Assembly: GCA_977030845.1 (NCBI GenBank)
Contig: OZ365110.1
Location: forward strand, 32,302,001-32,366,000
DNA from: Fimbriosthenelais zetlandica
Taxonomy: Eukaryota
Direction of reading: 5' to 3'
Length of the DNA stretch: 64,000 nucleotides
In this document: piece after piece, positions 1 through 13,403 of the stretch
Layout of the letters: every line of letters starts with the position of its first letter
Numbering within the stretch: position 1 is the stretch's first letter
Program-made: the position numbers and the translations under genes
Notes under the pieces: model-generated
What the model saw: only the letters and a program-made list of their open reading frames with translations
Told to the model about the DNA's origin: nothing
The model's database searches: none

Positions 1-629
1 GCGAACCTTCACAAGTTCCCTTCGCTTTACATATTCCTATATAGATTCACTCAAATACCAGAGAGAAATGATTAGGATGTGCGACCCAATGCCAAGATCT
101 ATAATCAATAATTTGTCTTTTTTTCCATGTTTACTGCAATGCTTCATCTGCGGCAAATGATGTGTGTGGGATGGAGGTTGTTGGGGTGGGGGGCGGGGGG
201 GGGGCATGGAGAGGGGATCAACCGAAGACCATTGTATAAGATCTACAAATGAATATTGTAACTGGGTTTGTTTCATAAAAAAGACTGGGCATAATAAACG
301 ATCAATTGAAGGCTTAAAGTACGGACCTTATCTGAAACAGAGTAATAATTTCCAACACAAAATAGATATATAAAGGAAAAGAAATAGATAAAAAGGTACA
401 TTTACTTACATTAATTTTACATCCAATAGGAATGGGCACCTTGCTTTCCTTTCCTTAAAGTTCCAAGAGTATACGAGGTAAACGTAATCCAACTTCTCAG
501 TTTACATGTATAGGATGTTTCATGCTAGTGATATTACATGTTTTTCCGCCATGTCACGCATGGACCACCAGTAATAGTCCTATGTGGTAGGTATACATCC
601 ATGCAAAGTAGTTTTTTGGTGGGTTATTT

Positions 630-850
630 GATCCGTTTTTCTTGTATTTTTTCCTTTCTTTATCTCTCTTCTCTCCTGTGTCTCAGAGTGTGTCTCTGTC
701 TCTGTCTTTCTCTGTGTCCTCTGTGTCTAGAGTTCTTTTCTCTGTCCCTCTTTCGTCTGTCTCTTTTTCGTCTGTCTCTATGTGTGTGTCTGTCTTCCTC
801 TCTCTCTGTCTTGTACTCTCTCTCTTCTCTCTCTACTCTTTCCTCTCACA
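630..850. repeat. TC/TG-rich low-complexity microsatellite tract
   Basis: Runs of tctc/tgtc; these explain the spurious Leu/Ser-rich ORFs 538-858 and 642-893. Confidence 0.85.
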
Positions 851-3800
851 CGGAATAAATGATGAATGGAAAGAAAAGACTGAAAGACAGTGAATGAGGC
901 ACAGAGATCCCACTTGGAGATATGATTATGTCAAAGGTCCCTCTATATTTATGGCGCCCACCTCTCTATCACGCATCGCCTCTGTATACTGGCTACTTTT
1001 TTTCCTAGATTCATAAAGGCCTCGTCAGTACTGCTTGCTCTGGCAGTATTTCACCAAGGCACCTCCTCATTACATCTCCGGTCATGGTGATTCGTTCCAC
1101 ACGAAATCTCGCTCTAGCTCCTCCTTCTTCTCTCTTTCCCTCTCTCCAACATACACTCTCACTATCCCCTATTCCCGATGCTGCGGTTGCAGGGACTGGT
1201 AAAGTTCCTTTGGAAAGCTTCAAGGTAGTTGGGAGTAAGCCTAGTGGCTCACCTATAGCGTCCTCTCTTGGTAGGAAGGGGAACCGTAACAACCATCGCC
1301 CAGCATCCAATGCATGGTGGACTTGGGGATTCGCTGGTAGAGCTGCCAGTCTTGCAAGGGCCTGTTTCATAAAAAAAAAAAGTAGCGTTAGCGATAGTGG
1401 TCAATCAATGGACAATGCATCTTGTTGTCTTAAACATGCCCTTGATACCAGCAGAGTTTAGAGTTAAAAAACTCATTTAAATCGTTCAGAAAGTGCTTAT
1501 GATGAAATAAAAATACAAGATTTAAAGTTCCATTTACGATTCCACGCACTAATGTAAATTGGGTTTTCATTTAAATGAACCTAAAAAAACAAAGAGAATT
1601 TGGGGTTTGGAAGAGCTGCCTTCATGGAAATCGGGTGCATTTTTTTAAATTGCGCAATCTCGCATATCATTCCCATGAAAACATCAATAGACTGCATTGC
1701 ATAACTTTAACTTTAACTACAAAACGTTAGATTCCATACATTATCAATATGCCTAAACCCATTTTTCTCAACTCGGATATATCAAGAAAATGTCATTGGA
1801 TAACAAAAAAGGCGTCAAAGATCTAATAAGTGAATTCAAAGTATTAGTATTAGTTGGTTAGTATTTTACTAAACATTTTATCTATTCCTGTTTCATAAGC
1901 CCGACCATCATGCTATACTTGCTAGGTCCTGTTTCACAATAATCAGCTCATGAGCCGTCACATCAGCCCATGCGCCGCTTATGCAACCCATTTTATTATG
2001 AAACAAACCCTTGTTCTGGCTTCGGCCATGGCTTCCTGAGTGGCTTCCAATTGAATGGCTGTATAAAACAGGAGTGGGCAGGAGTGGCATCCAGCCCTGT
2101 GTTGATCGCATCAGCGTGCCGCAGTTGATGACAGTTTTAATGTCAATTTACACAATTACTTTACATTAATATGTGGAGAATGGCCGCAGAGGGAGCGCAG
2201 GCGGCTACTCTAACAGGTGCGCTTAAAACATCCTCTATTGGGAAAGCAGTTTCTTTCCCCATCTCTGGTCTGGACTAAACACAGTGGCGTACATTATATG
2301 CTCCATAATTTCTCCTTCTCATGGGGAATTGTTGAATTACTGTATATTTCTGGACAGAGCTTATTCAATTTATTGTATATGGAATATTATAATGGACAAA
2401 TGGGCCTATAGATTGTGTTGATTTCAACATAGGAAATTAGGTTTATTTCGAGGTTTTATTTTGATTCGAAATCCAGTGGTTTATACACAATGACGCTACT
2501 GTTGATATTCTTGGTTTCTGGAATCTCGGGTTGTAGTTAAATTGAGTTTCTTGAATTTAACTTGAACTTGCTTGAAATTGGACTTGGAATTGGAATTGGT
2601 TAAACTAAAATAAAAATCTAAGGTACATGGGTTTACGGTAAGAGCATAGTAGTTGAGAGTTTATGGTAAGCAGCACATACTGGTATGCTATCTCTACGAG
2701 ATTTATATGAAGTTAACCGAATATGGTATCTAACACAGTATAACATATCAATGAGTGAATGGTTTAAACGGAATATAACGATATTTACCACACTGGAAAG
2801 GTATAAACTTGAAGGTATTCTGGTAAAGGTGTGTTGGTTTGGTGTGCTGGTTTGGTGTGAGTGTGCGTATGAAGTATGTCATGTGACTGGACTATTTTTA
2901 TAACATAGGTATTGGTATTTAGAAATGAACAACTTATTCTAGAACTTCAAAGAAATATAGGAATTCGTATCAAACATCAAAGGAAACAATGGAATTAAAT
3001 TATTAGCGGGAATTAAAATTATTATAATGAAATAAATGTAATAAATTGTATGAATTGTTAGTTTCAAGTCAGAGGCATGAGTCTGGGGGCCGTTTGATAA
3101 GATGTACTGGGATGCAATGCCAAAGGGCAAAGAACAAAAAACACTCAAAAAAGCTAAAATATCCCGAAAACAGAATGGAAACTGTTGCCATGGGAGAGTT
3201 TTCATGTTTCAAGATGTGCATCTTTCTAAAATGAAAAGTATAACTCCCTGCTATGCTGATAGTGATAAAAAATCCAAGCATTGGAAAATTCAACACCCGT
3301 CCATCTGGAACCCTAAATTCCAACACCTGGGTTACGTCCCTTTGCATTTTCTAACCCAACACTTGGGGTGGGGCTTTTATTTGATTATAGCATTCGCTGG
3401 CCCACTGTTCAGCTGTCCCAGGCGCTGTTTAAGTGAGTTACTCTAAATGGATGTATTCTGCCAAGGCGTTCTGACTCCCTTAAAAGAGGCAATCACCTGA
3501 CTCAGGAAGGGGATTACAATCAACCCCTAGGGACATTATTTTGGTGGGAATGGGGTGAGGATGTGGTCGCAAGAGTCCGTCTACAAGCACTAAGAGCTGA
3601 GCAGTATGGGGGGGGGGGGGTCGAAAACCTAGAACATTTAACTTTTGTTTGAGTGAACGTTTTAATACTGTTAAATCATTCGTTAAATCATTCGTGATTT
3701 ACCTTTTTCTATTATGTTTCACCTTCTTGGCCCTGAATGTTTTTTTACTTAGGAAAAAAGTTGGCTTCGAATGGGTAGATTGATGCCAAATTTTCTGACA

Positions 3801-5607
3801 AAAAGAGGGTCCAACCGAACCCATTGAACTCTAGCTAGCTGAGGTCCTGGCAGTTTCTAAGGTCCGGGACCTGGAACTTACTTGTGGGCTGGAATACTGA
3901 TGTTTTTTCAGTAGGTTACCAAATTTGGGAATTTGTTATTTTGACACAGAAAAGGGGGTTCGACCCACCCCTGAACCTTCCTTAGCAATGCCCCTGCCAT
4001 GCGAGCTAAAATAGCTTGAACTAGTCGCACGTTTTAAATAATAGATTTTAAGTTGGAGTATGTGATTAATAAAACAAAATGCAACTTGACCATAACTCCT
4101 AGAGACTGTGTGGTAACATCTTTTTAACCTAATCAAGTTACTCAATAGAAAGTACTGCTTTAAGATTCAGTTGCCCTGAAGTGCTTCCTAAATAGCCCAC
4201 GCTTGTGAGTATTTCTTCAACTATGAATGTCACTGATCGGTGGTGGGCATTATATTTTAGGAAACACGTACCCTTGGCCCTATTTCATAATAAAAGTCAT
4301 TTGTTGCAGTGGGAGGCAGAACATTATCTTGGATTTTCGAGAAAGGCATACAGAGATTTTATATTTTCATTATCGATTCTTTAATATTTAGGGAAAAAAA
4401 ATAAATAAAAATTATCACAAGGTATATGGTATTATTGCAGTTTTATTTATGAAATTGACCCTCGGGCCAATTTTAAGGCCAACCTGTGGCAAGGCAAGGA
4501 AAACCCGACCTTATACCGACTTATCTACAGGTTAAATAAAAGAAGAAACAAAATCGTTTTGAAAGGAACTCATGAACATGCATGGCTCACATAACTGGGT
4601 GAGTTTCAGATTAAATGCGCTCCATGAGCCCATAGACTGCCCAATAGTTTATGCAAATCATTTTATGAAACAGGCCCCTGGTTGGAGGGCGGAGGGCCTG
4701 CTGTTAACAGCTGTGGGTGGTCTTACAACATCTAAGGAGTGAGATATTGGAGTATGACAGTTTACAGAATGTAGGTATGAGATGTTGTGGCTAACTTACA
4801 CACAAGTGAGGGACATCAGGGAAGCGCCTCTCAGTCAAGAGTGCCCTCTAAGGGGCCATCTCAAAAGTTCGCAAGTTTCTTATCCTAATAGGGTTCATCC
4901 ACTAGGGGGAGCGACCACTGGCGATCAGCAATCACTAGCGATCCAATCGCTCAATATTTAGAATATTTAATATTTAGTTCGATCAGCGGCGATTTGATCG
5001 CCAGGTACAAGCGATCAGAGGCGATCAGATCGGCCCAGATCCCCAGGTACAAGCGATCAAATCGCTGGCATCTTATCCACACCCATATATATCGCTTCTG
5101 ATCGCTAATAATACCCGAGAAAGAGAGTTTTGGAAATAAAATGAAAAACTTAAGATTGAATAATATTAGCCAGTACCGTATGTCTACAGAAATTAAAGTT
5201 CAAATGTTGTATGGAACAAATATCATAGCCCAACGATGGCTTTCTTTGGTATACGTGTATACCCATTTCAAAAAAAAACAATGAAAGAAAAACAATCATG
5301 CCTTCTCATGTCTCTGTCAAATTTAAGTATTGTGACACCTGTAGAACATGTACTTATACAAGATGGTCAACTTCCCTGAAGTTTCGGTTGATACCAGTAA
5401 TCTATTGGCCACAGGTGATTTACAAATAGCTTACTTTAAAGCTAAGTTGAAACTTGTACGTTAATTCACGGTGAAAGACACTTTCTGTCAGCACAACACG
5501 CGACTTAAAAGCATTATCGCGTCTCAGTCGTGACGTTAATGGGTCTCCAATGACGGTTAGTCAGCCAGGTGTCGAATGAACTGATGCACTTGGCAGGCTG
5601 GAGATGT

Positions 5608-6051
5608 GGGGTTTGTTTCATAATAAATGAGCAAATGTCATTATGAAACAAGTCAGAGAAGCTTCACTGCGCACATGATCCGTTCAGCCTTGCTTATATT
5701 TACAGAGAATACAAATCTGAGACGCAAGTTGGTCTCAATTTTGAAAGGAAATATTTTATTTAATCTAAAATGATTATGGAAATCTTTGCAATTTGCCATG
5801 AAAATACCATTTGGGTGGATAAAGCTACACTGCTGAGACATTTGAATCGACAGCCCATTTCACAACCTGTCGTACCAATGCATAATAAATGGATGAACGT
5901 TGTTTGTGTAATAAATTACCCACTTGCAAATTTGCCGATGGACATACATGTACTGTAATTCAGAAAACGGCTCAGTATGTGGGAAATGGCTGAAATTTGT
6001 CTTCGAGTATCTCTGTCGAAATGCCAACTTTTTCATTATGAGACAGACCCC
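5608..6051. mobile_element. Non-autonomous MITE, GGG(G)YCTGTTTCAT-terminal family (PIF/Harbinger-PHIS-like)
   Basis: Left end ggggtttgtttcataataaa; the right end reverse-complements to ggggtctgtctcataatgaaa. No clean TSD. Confidence 0.5.
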
Positions 6052-8809
6052 ATGTTTCTGTTCGGTAACCTCAGAAAGTGGCAGGGTCAGGGAAGATGAA
6101 GGGAAAAGACGGGGTTGTTATTGCGTAACGAACCCCTGTAAATATGTTTGGGTTAAGGGGCAATGGTTCACCACCCGCAGTGGCACATAGTTAGTCCCAG
6201 TCATAGATCACTCCCTGTCTGAAGTGAGCAAGTCCCTAACTGCTCACAGAATAACAAGGATGAGGGACTGGGCCATGGGGTAGGCGTGTATAATGTAGTG
6301 GAGTTTCACTTATATATGGGGTAACCTAATCAGATGTTATCCCTTGCGAGTGCTTTGTTATAGTGTTGCGATTTTCGTTGCGTCCATGCCTTTGTGCATG
6401 GCTGACTTTCCTGTCACAGATGCATCAAGAGGAAGATGCATGCTTGCATTTGAGAATCCTGCTTGAGGGGTAGTTCCATTGAATTTTCTGCCGCAACTGC
6501 TACAAGTGTAACTGCACTAGCAGGGGGCTTGATATTGATGAAAGCTGCCTCTATTTGTCAGTGGTGTGGCAGATGCGGCAGTTGAAGCCAAAGGAAAGAC
6601 AGCCGCAAGGGCTATAGCCGCAACAATAATCGCATTGCAACACTTGCAAAGCAAAAGAACCACAATGTCGCATACTAAACTATAGCCATGGATTCATATT
6701 ATGTAGCTCCATCTATGGCTATAGCCTATATACCTCACTAATTTTGCTGTATACCCACTAAAGCAACTATCCAACGAAAATTAGCAAAAATGAAAAGTAG
6801 CTATGCTATATGATGCTAAGTCTATGGCTAATACTTGTTTTGAACTGTGGCTCCTGAGTCATTGCATACAGGGGTGGTATTAGTGAAGGGTTTACTATAG
6901 ATCTATCCTAGCACCCACTGGTAATTGTGAGATGTCTGACGTCTAAAAGTCTGGTTTTGTTTCAACAGGGAACTGAGTTCCGCTTACAGTGCATTTCTTT
7001 CCCTTTCATCTTTCATATTTTGATGTTGAAAAGTGTAAACAGGGGGAATAACCATAAAAAATATATCATAATTATACCCAATATATATGTCATATTTTTA
7101 AATTAAATAAGAGCATGGGAGCAAAAAAGTAAAACAATCCTAAGTATTCTTCAATTCTACATTTAATATTATGATTATGTACTGCCCCTCCAGGGCTGCT
7201 GACTGTGATATCAAAAATCCAGCCTGTGGTGCAAGCCGTCTAAAAGGACCAATGCTGTAGTTCAAAAAGAGAGACCATTGTGTGCCAACAGCAAATTTCC
7301 TACTTATTGAGTTAAAATAGCAAGTTGCTGACTGTCCCAGACTATACAACATTATGGTATTCATCAAAAAATAAAATTGTGGCTTACTTTAGGTCCTAAA
7401 GCAACAATTTTCATTTTTTTATGAATACCATAATGTAGTATTGCTGACTGGACCTAAACTACTACCATTACTCATTCAAACTTTGAACAATAAATGTTGA
7501 AAGAGTGCTACACAAAAAGCACCAGAATTAATAACAAGTGAGAAAAAGGCTTTTTCCTCCAGGCCTATCTCCAAGAGTGGACATAAATGTTTCAGTCTTT
7601 AACTACACAAGTCTAGGGTTAAAACCAACACATTCCCTGTCTCAGGGGATACCTGGATGAGGATCATCCTATCAAGCCCTTCCCTCCAGAGGTCAATTAT
7701 TTAAAGCGGTGGTAAAATCGCCCCAGAAAATTAGCTTTTTTTTCTTCAGCATAAATAAAATCGCTCTTTGGTCAGTCCGTGAGATAAGGCAAAAGTATAA
7801 CATTCTTATGGGCTGTACACACCAAAGTGATCGACAGTCAGACACCATTCTATCTGTCAGATTGGGAAAAGACCAAAAATGACCAATGTAATATATGGTA
7901 AAAATATAGCCATCAGGTCCAAATCCGACAGTTTTAAGAGCCCGATAAATCATAGGGTGATCGGGTCGTTTTATTCAAGAAATCTCTGAAGGGTTGGTCA
8001 GAGGCCTATACTTTAAGACATATAGGTCAATCTTGTAGCTTAAGCGAATCATCTTCCGCCTTAAAGTGGTCCAAATCCCATGTGTAGATGGGGAACATTT
8101 TGATCATAGCACGCGGCCGAGATGGTCAAATGATGGACCTCGTGAAAAGGCACTAACCTAAGCAACCTTGGACTGGCTGCATGGAGAAAAAAAGAAGATA
8201 TCAATAAATTGGCACTTAAGGCCAAAAGCACTCACCCCAGGGTGGTCGTTTGGACCAATGGAGAGATTAGGGGCTAATCTTGACAGATTCCTTCTCTGGG
8301 CTCATCGGAGCTGTGAGGTGCAAATTAGCTCCTATTATCGCTCAATCCACCAGGGGGCGTGGTGAGTGGCCTCAAGGTAGGTGGGGGCTGGAGGATGGTG
8401 GAGGATGGTCCGTGCTGGGTTAGGATCAATGCTCTTTTGCTCCCTCCTGTGTTCCCCCCGCTCAACACCCCAAGGGTCAACTCGGACCAGTCAGCCTATT
8501 GGAGAGCAGCTTCTCCGGGAATGAGGGACTCATAGGGAAGGTTTCTGGGAATGTCTGGTTTGAATTTTGTACTTCCAGGCTTATTTCCAGGGAGCATTGA
8601 TGGGCATTTTGTTCGAGGCCCATAATCAATGTTCTGGTCAAATATTTAGGTACAAGATTTGCAGATGAAAAAAATTTAAGTGTAAGATGAAACCATGGCC
8701 AATAAGAATAAAGCACTTTACAGAAACGCAGTGACAATAATAAATAATTTTAATATAAATTATAATAAAACCCTTTATACTAATAAATGAAATCCTGTAA
8801 GGAAACAGC

Positions 8810-8970
8810 GAAAGCGAGAGAAGGAGAGAGAGGGAGAGAGAGAGAGAGAGAGACAGTGGGAGACGGGGAGAAAGAGGAAGTGAGGGAGTGGGAGGGAGGG
8901 AGAGATAATTAAGGGAGAAATAGGGAAGGGGAGGGAGGGCGAGAAAGGGAGAGGGAGAGAGAGAAAGTAT
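8810..8970. repeat. GA-rich microsatellite
   Basis: (GA)n and GGGA runs; source of the spurious ORF 8638-9015. Confidence 0.85.
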
Positions 8971-9794
8971 CTTACACGTATGAGCTAGAGAGACTGTCTG
9001 GTCTGCATTTTGCATGAATTCATCCTGAATGTAACCAATCTCTATCTATCTTTTATGTTCTATGTTTTATGTCACGGGGAAAATCCCTCCAACTACTTAG
9101 CATCTGAATGACTTGTATGAGCACGGATCAATCTGACGTTTTATGTTCTGTGCATGTAATAATCTCCAGTATATAGCCTCAACTGTACAATTTGTTTCAC
9201 GAGCATTCAAAGCCCCCATTGCACATTTTCGCGAGGCCTCGATCGCACTCTCGTCGTAACGAATCACGGACGGTTTTGTAGAATCTCCAAAATGGTGAGA
9301 GTGTAGGTATAGGCAAGGGCAGAATGACAGAGACACAGACAGAAAGATCAATAATATAAAAAAAATATCAATTTGTAATGTTAATTTTAGCACTGGCATT
9401 TGGCGAGAGTGCCGACAGTGTCTTGAGAGTGTCTGTCAGGTGGTGAGGGTTATTGTACACACTCTCACTCTACCTCTCTCTAGGTTTACAGCAGTGATCT
9501 GCCTCGTCACGTCATGGGTCTTTGGGGTGCTGACCTTTATACATTGTTGCTCAGGAGCTTATTGCCTTGAGCAACTCACCAGCTCACAAATACATGCTTC
9601 GTCCACTCAATCACCCCCAAATGCCACACTGCTTGAAAAATGTGCTGCCATAATATAGTGTTATAGATCCACTGAGTTTACTAGTATGAATTGGGGCTCT
9701 TGCAATTAGCCTACCATTTGGAACTTTGTCTATAGGACCAGTTTGACTGAATCCCATGGCAAAAATAACATAGTGAAGCGAGGAAAAAAATGCT

Positions 9795-9836
9795 TGCATC
9801 GGCCGGGAATCATGCTGACCGTTAGACCACCGACGC
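9795..9836 (-). pseudogene. tRNA-Gly pseudogene with a 30-nt internal deletion
   Basis: Both ends match the neighbouring tRNA, but gaacccggatcgactgcttggaaggcaacc (anticodon arm and part of the T arm) is missing, leaving 42 nt. Confidence 0.85.
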
Positions 9837-9926
9837 TTTTTATATGACAATCATTATTTTGGGTCAATTTCCCTAAACAAAAATTACAAAATGTAGATTT
9901 TGAAAAGCTGGGGGAAAAGAAGCCTT

Positions 9927-9998
9927 TGCGTCGGCCGGGAATCGAACCCGGATCGACTGCTTGGAAGGCAACCATGCTGACCGTTACACCACCGACGC
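9927..9998 (-). tRNA. tRNA-Gly (TCC)
   Basis: 72 nt: GCGTCGGTGGTGTAACGGTCAGCATGGTTGCCTTCCAAGCAGTCGATCCGGGTTCGATTCCCGGCCGACGCA. Paired acceptor stem, TCC anticodon, GTTCGATTC T-loop, downstream T4 run. Confidence 0.96.
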
Positions 9999-10095
9999 TT
10001 CTTGTAACAACTAGCATTAGGGCCTATTTTGGGGCAATTTGCCTAATCAAAAATTCCAAATGTAGACTTCTGAAAACCAGAATGAAAAAAAACCT

Positions 10096-10167
10096 TGCGT
10101 CGGCCGGGAATCGAACCCGGATCGACTGCTTGGAAGGCAACCATGCTGACCGTTACACCACCGACGC
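10096..10167 (-). tRNA. tRNA-Gly (TCC), identical second copy
   Basis: Same 72-nt sequence 169 bp away, followed on the minus strand by a long T run (Pol III terminator). Confidence 0.96.
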
Positions 10168-10221
10168 TTCTTGCAACAACTAGCATTACTTTGGGGCCAT
10201 TTCCCTAATCGAAATCCCCTT

Positions 10222-10299
10222 TCGTCGGCCGGGAATGGAACCAGGATCGACTGCGTGGAAGGCAACCTTGCAGACGTTTCTTGTATCCCGTCGGCCGGG
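10222..10299 (-). pseudogene. Degenerate tRNA-Gly copy plus a further 3'-end fragment
   Basis: cgtcggccgggaatggaaccaggatcgactgcgtggaaggcaacc has several substitutions and lacks the D arm; a second cgtcggccggg lies at 10289-10299. Confidence 0.75.
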
Positions 10300-11619
10300 G
10301 GAAAAAGACAAATGTAGGTCAGTTTTGACGATGGATTGGCAGTCATTTTAGGAGTGTACAGCGGAGATATATAGATGGGACTGTCGCCTAATACCCCTAT
10401 GTGAACACGGGTTGGTACCTCCATTTTCTTTTTTAAATGGCAGACACAGAGGAGTAGGAGGAATTGGAGATGGATTATCGAGGGATTAGTAGGCCTAGAA
10501 GGGGGTAGGGTTACACATCTTTCATTTATAATCATAATACGTTTAGAGGCATGGTCTTCAACATTGCAAATGTGCTCGAATTATATCAATCTCCGATAGA
10601 AGTTAAAATATAGGAGGAAATGTGCATGAATTTAATCATGGGATTCCTATCATTGCCCTTTATACCATTGAACATGTATGACTTCTATGCTGATGTTTAG
10701 GCTTACATATGTAAAATATAGGTTAGACAAGCATTAATTGTATATCAAATGCAATTAAGGAAAATTAAAGTTACAGCATTATACCCAATGCAGAATGAAT
10801 GCCAAATTTCGCTGGTGACATATGTACACATTTTAGCACAAAGGAGGATTAATTATTCAGGAGACACATGCAAGAGGTGAGTGACGGATTCGAGAGTTGA
10901 CCGAATTGAGAACCATGCCCCTCTCCAAAGTATGAAAGAGCCAAAAGAATAATTGATGTTGATCGTCATTCCGCTTTTCTGTTCAGATTGTCATTCGCTA
11001 ATGGACGGAGAGTGTAAAGGGATGAACCTCGCCGAGAGAGGTCAGGTGAAGGGTGGGGATCTCGATGGTCCATTTGTAGATCAGATTACCATTCAACAAT
11101 GGTATACAAAGACATGCATTCAAACAGGGATGTAAAGCTTCCTGGATGGGCATGCGATCACATGATTTGTATATGACACCATGGTATACTGAATGCAAAT
11201 GGCGGTCTTCTATATATGGTTAGCATGGGGGATTCCGTATTGATAATAATAAGTAGATAAAATTGGGTTATGTGCTCAAAATAAATATTCGTACCATTAG
11301 GATGGTCGTATGTGGTTCATATTTATTATGAAACACGCCCTGGCCCTTCATTATAGGTTATGTACTTAATGAATAATTTTGAAATGTCAGTAGGCCTCTA
11401 TGGACTAAATTAAATGTTATAATATTTTTATGTGGCCCCAATACTAATACTATCGGAAACGAATTAAGCGCATAATTAAGTCCAAGGGCAAATCTATGGC
11501 GTTTCATAAATGCCATAAAAAAAGTCTGGGGCCCATTGCAGAACAATAACATCATGAAATGGTCCCCTGAATTGGAGGTGGGTGAGAGAGAGTATATAGG
11601 GGAATGGTGGAGAGAGAGG

Positions 11620-11793
11620 NNNNNNNNNNNNNNNNNNNNNNNNNNNNNNNNNNNNNNNNNNNNNNNNNNNNNNNNNNNNNNNNNNNNNNNNNNNNNNNNN
11701 NNNNNNNNNNNNNNNNNNNNNNNNNNNNNNNNNNNNNNNNNNNNNNNNNNNNNNNNNNNNNNNNNNNNNNNNNNNNNNNNNNNNNNNNNNNNN
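11620..11793. other. Assembly gap (174 N) inside a GA-rich tract
   Basis: N run with (GA)-rich sequence on both sides. Confidence 0.99.
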
Positions 11794-13315
11794 AAAGAGA
11801 CTCAATCTGAATTACGAGAGGAGAAAGTAGAGAGGAGACAGGGAGACAGACAGAGGAGAGAGACAGTCAGACAGAATGAGGAGAGAGAATTCCGAGATAC
11901 AATTCAACGAAGGACAATAGAACTCATCCTTCCTTTTCACTTAAAAAAGAGAAGGGAGGAGCACAATAAGAGTATATAGATGACCTGTCGGATCCAGCAT
12001 CCTGACCTTTCCCATCTCTGGGAATCTATCCCCGGTGTGTTTCTCCACCGATCGCTCTGCCCGGAGTCCATGATTTCCCTGGCTAGCTCTCACCGCCTCC
12101 CCAATAATGAAGTGCTCCACTGAGACCTAACATTCACCGGTTCCCATAAGAAACTCGTTCACTCGACATTTCCCGATGCTAATAGAGGCCTACCTTGGTG
12201 TCAGATAATTGCCCATCGGAGTATTGCTTAATGACTTCAGGGATTAGGTATCAGGGCTCTTACATCCCGGCATTTTATACTTCTCAAATGTCTTTTTCTT
12301 GTAAAGTAAACATGTACTGCGACAATTGATGACATTTTTGAAACATTGGGTGATGTTCGAGTAAATTTGAGTCAAAATTGAAGGAGCTAGGGGGGGGGGG
12401 CCCTTATTTAAGTAACACCAATTAGCAGCTTAATTACAGAATTAATTCCCATTAAAATATATAGATTTTGGTCTTAAGAATAGGCATGACCGGTATAATT
12501 ATATTCTTTGGAACAGTCGGAAATAAACTAATCCAAGACGCGTAAGGGCCTAGCTGATTCAGAACAACCATTATAGCAATGCTAAGTCGATGCGAAATGT
12601 TTACGCTGAAACAGGCCCCTGTGCGAATCTAAATTACAATTTATGATATGTCTTTAGCATAGTAAAAAGCTAAAATTTATTTTCTATTTACTGGATGACC
12701 CTGTGTAATATATATATACTGGTATCGTTTAGCAAAGAAAACACCTATCAATTCTTTTTTTAAAGCCTAACACCTAAAATGAAGGCCTTTTTTGAATATT
12801 CGATTTCGATTTCTAAAGAAAAACTGCCACAAGCGATCTAAGAGGGATAGTCTATATATATTCACTGCCGGTTTCAGTGCTTTGAATGCATTGAAAGCAA
12901 ATGAAAATTATGCATGTATAAATTTCATCGGCGACAAAGAAAACACTCTTGAGCCATCCTCCTCGCATTGTTGTTTATCACGGAATAAAAATAAGATCAC
13001 AGCAGTGACATTATGAAGATGAAAGAGTAAGGAAGGGGTCCACACCTAACCATCAAGAGATAATAGTTTCCCTTCTGAAAGAAAATATCTTCAGCCTATA
13101 TAAACTTCACTGCACCTGCTGAAATATTTTGCCTGAAATTGAGCATTCACTCTCATATATATAAGGTAAATGAGGGATATCCTAATTGTTACCTAATTGT
13201 TCCCTTTGAGTAAATGATCGAATTTGATGTATGGCATGTGTAATACGACGATTTTATTATGCTTAAATTGTCCCGTTCTACCTTGCTTAATGGCTACCCC
13301 AGTGAAAGTTATTTT

Positions 13316-13403
13316 GGGGTCTGTTTCATCAAAAAAGAAGCATTGGGTGCATGAGTGTGTGAGATATGACTGAGCAGCGCGTGTCTTTTATGAAACAGAC
13401 CCC
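13316..13403. mobile_element. 88-bp MITE with a perfect 14-bp TIR
   Basis: ggggtctgtttcat ... atgaaacagacccc; same terminal word as the other family members. Confidence 0.65.

Noticed and set aside
1011-1461. Overlapping 119-aa and 125-aa ORFs on opposite strands
   Set aside because: No recognisable motif and no splice-compatible neighbours; both run into a MITE end at 1358.
6300-6690. Cys-rich (minus) and Ala-rich (plus) fragments resembling a decayed zinc finger or signal peptide
   Set aside because: Stops in every frame and no family I can name; needs BLASTX.
7701-8064. TTAA-flanked segment starting AGCGG, like a non-autonomous Kolobok partner
   Set aside because: The two ends share only RGCGG; no convincing TIR.
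10850-11260. Protein-like fragments (ORFs 10953-11135 and 10998-11198)
   Set aside because: Short, interrupted and unassignable.
11985-12360. Exon-like minus-strand segments, including a 40-codon open stretch
   Set aside because: No phase-consistent gene model or homology.
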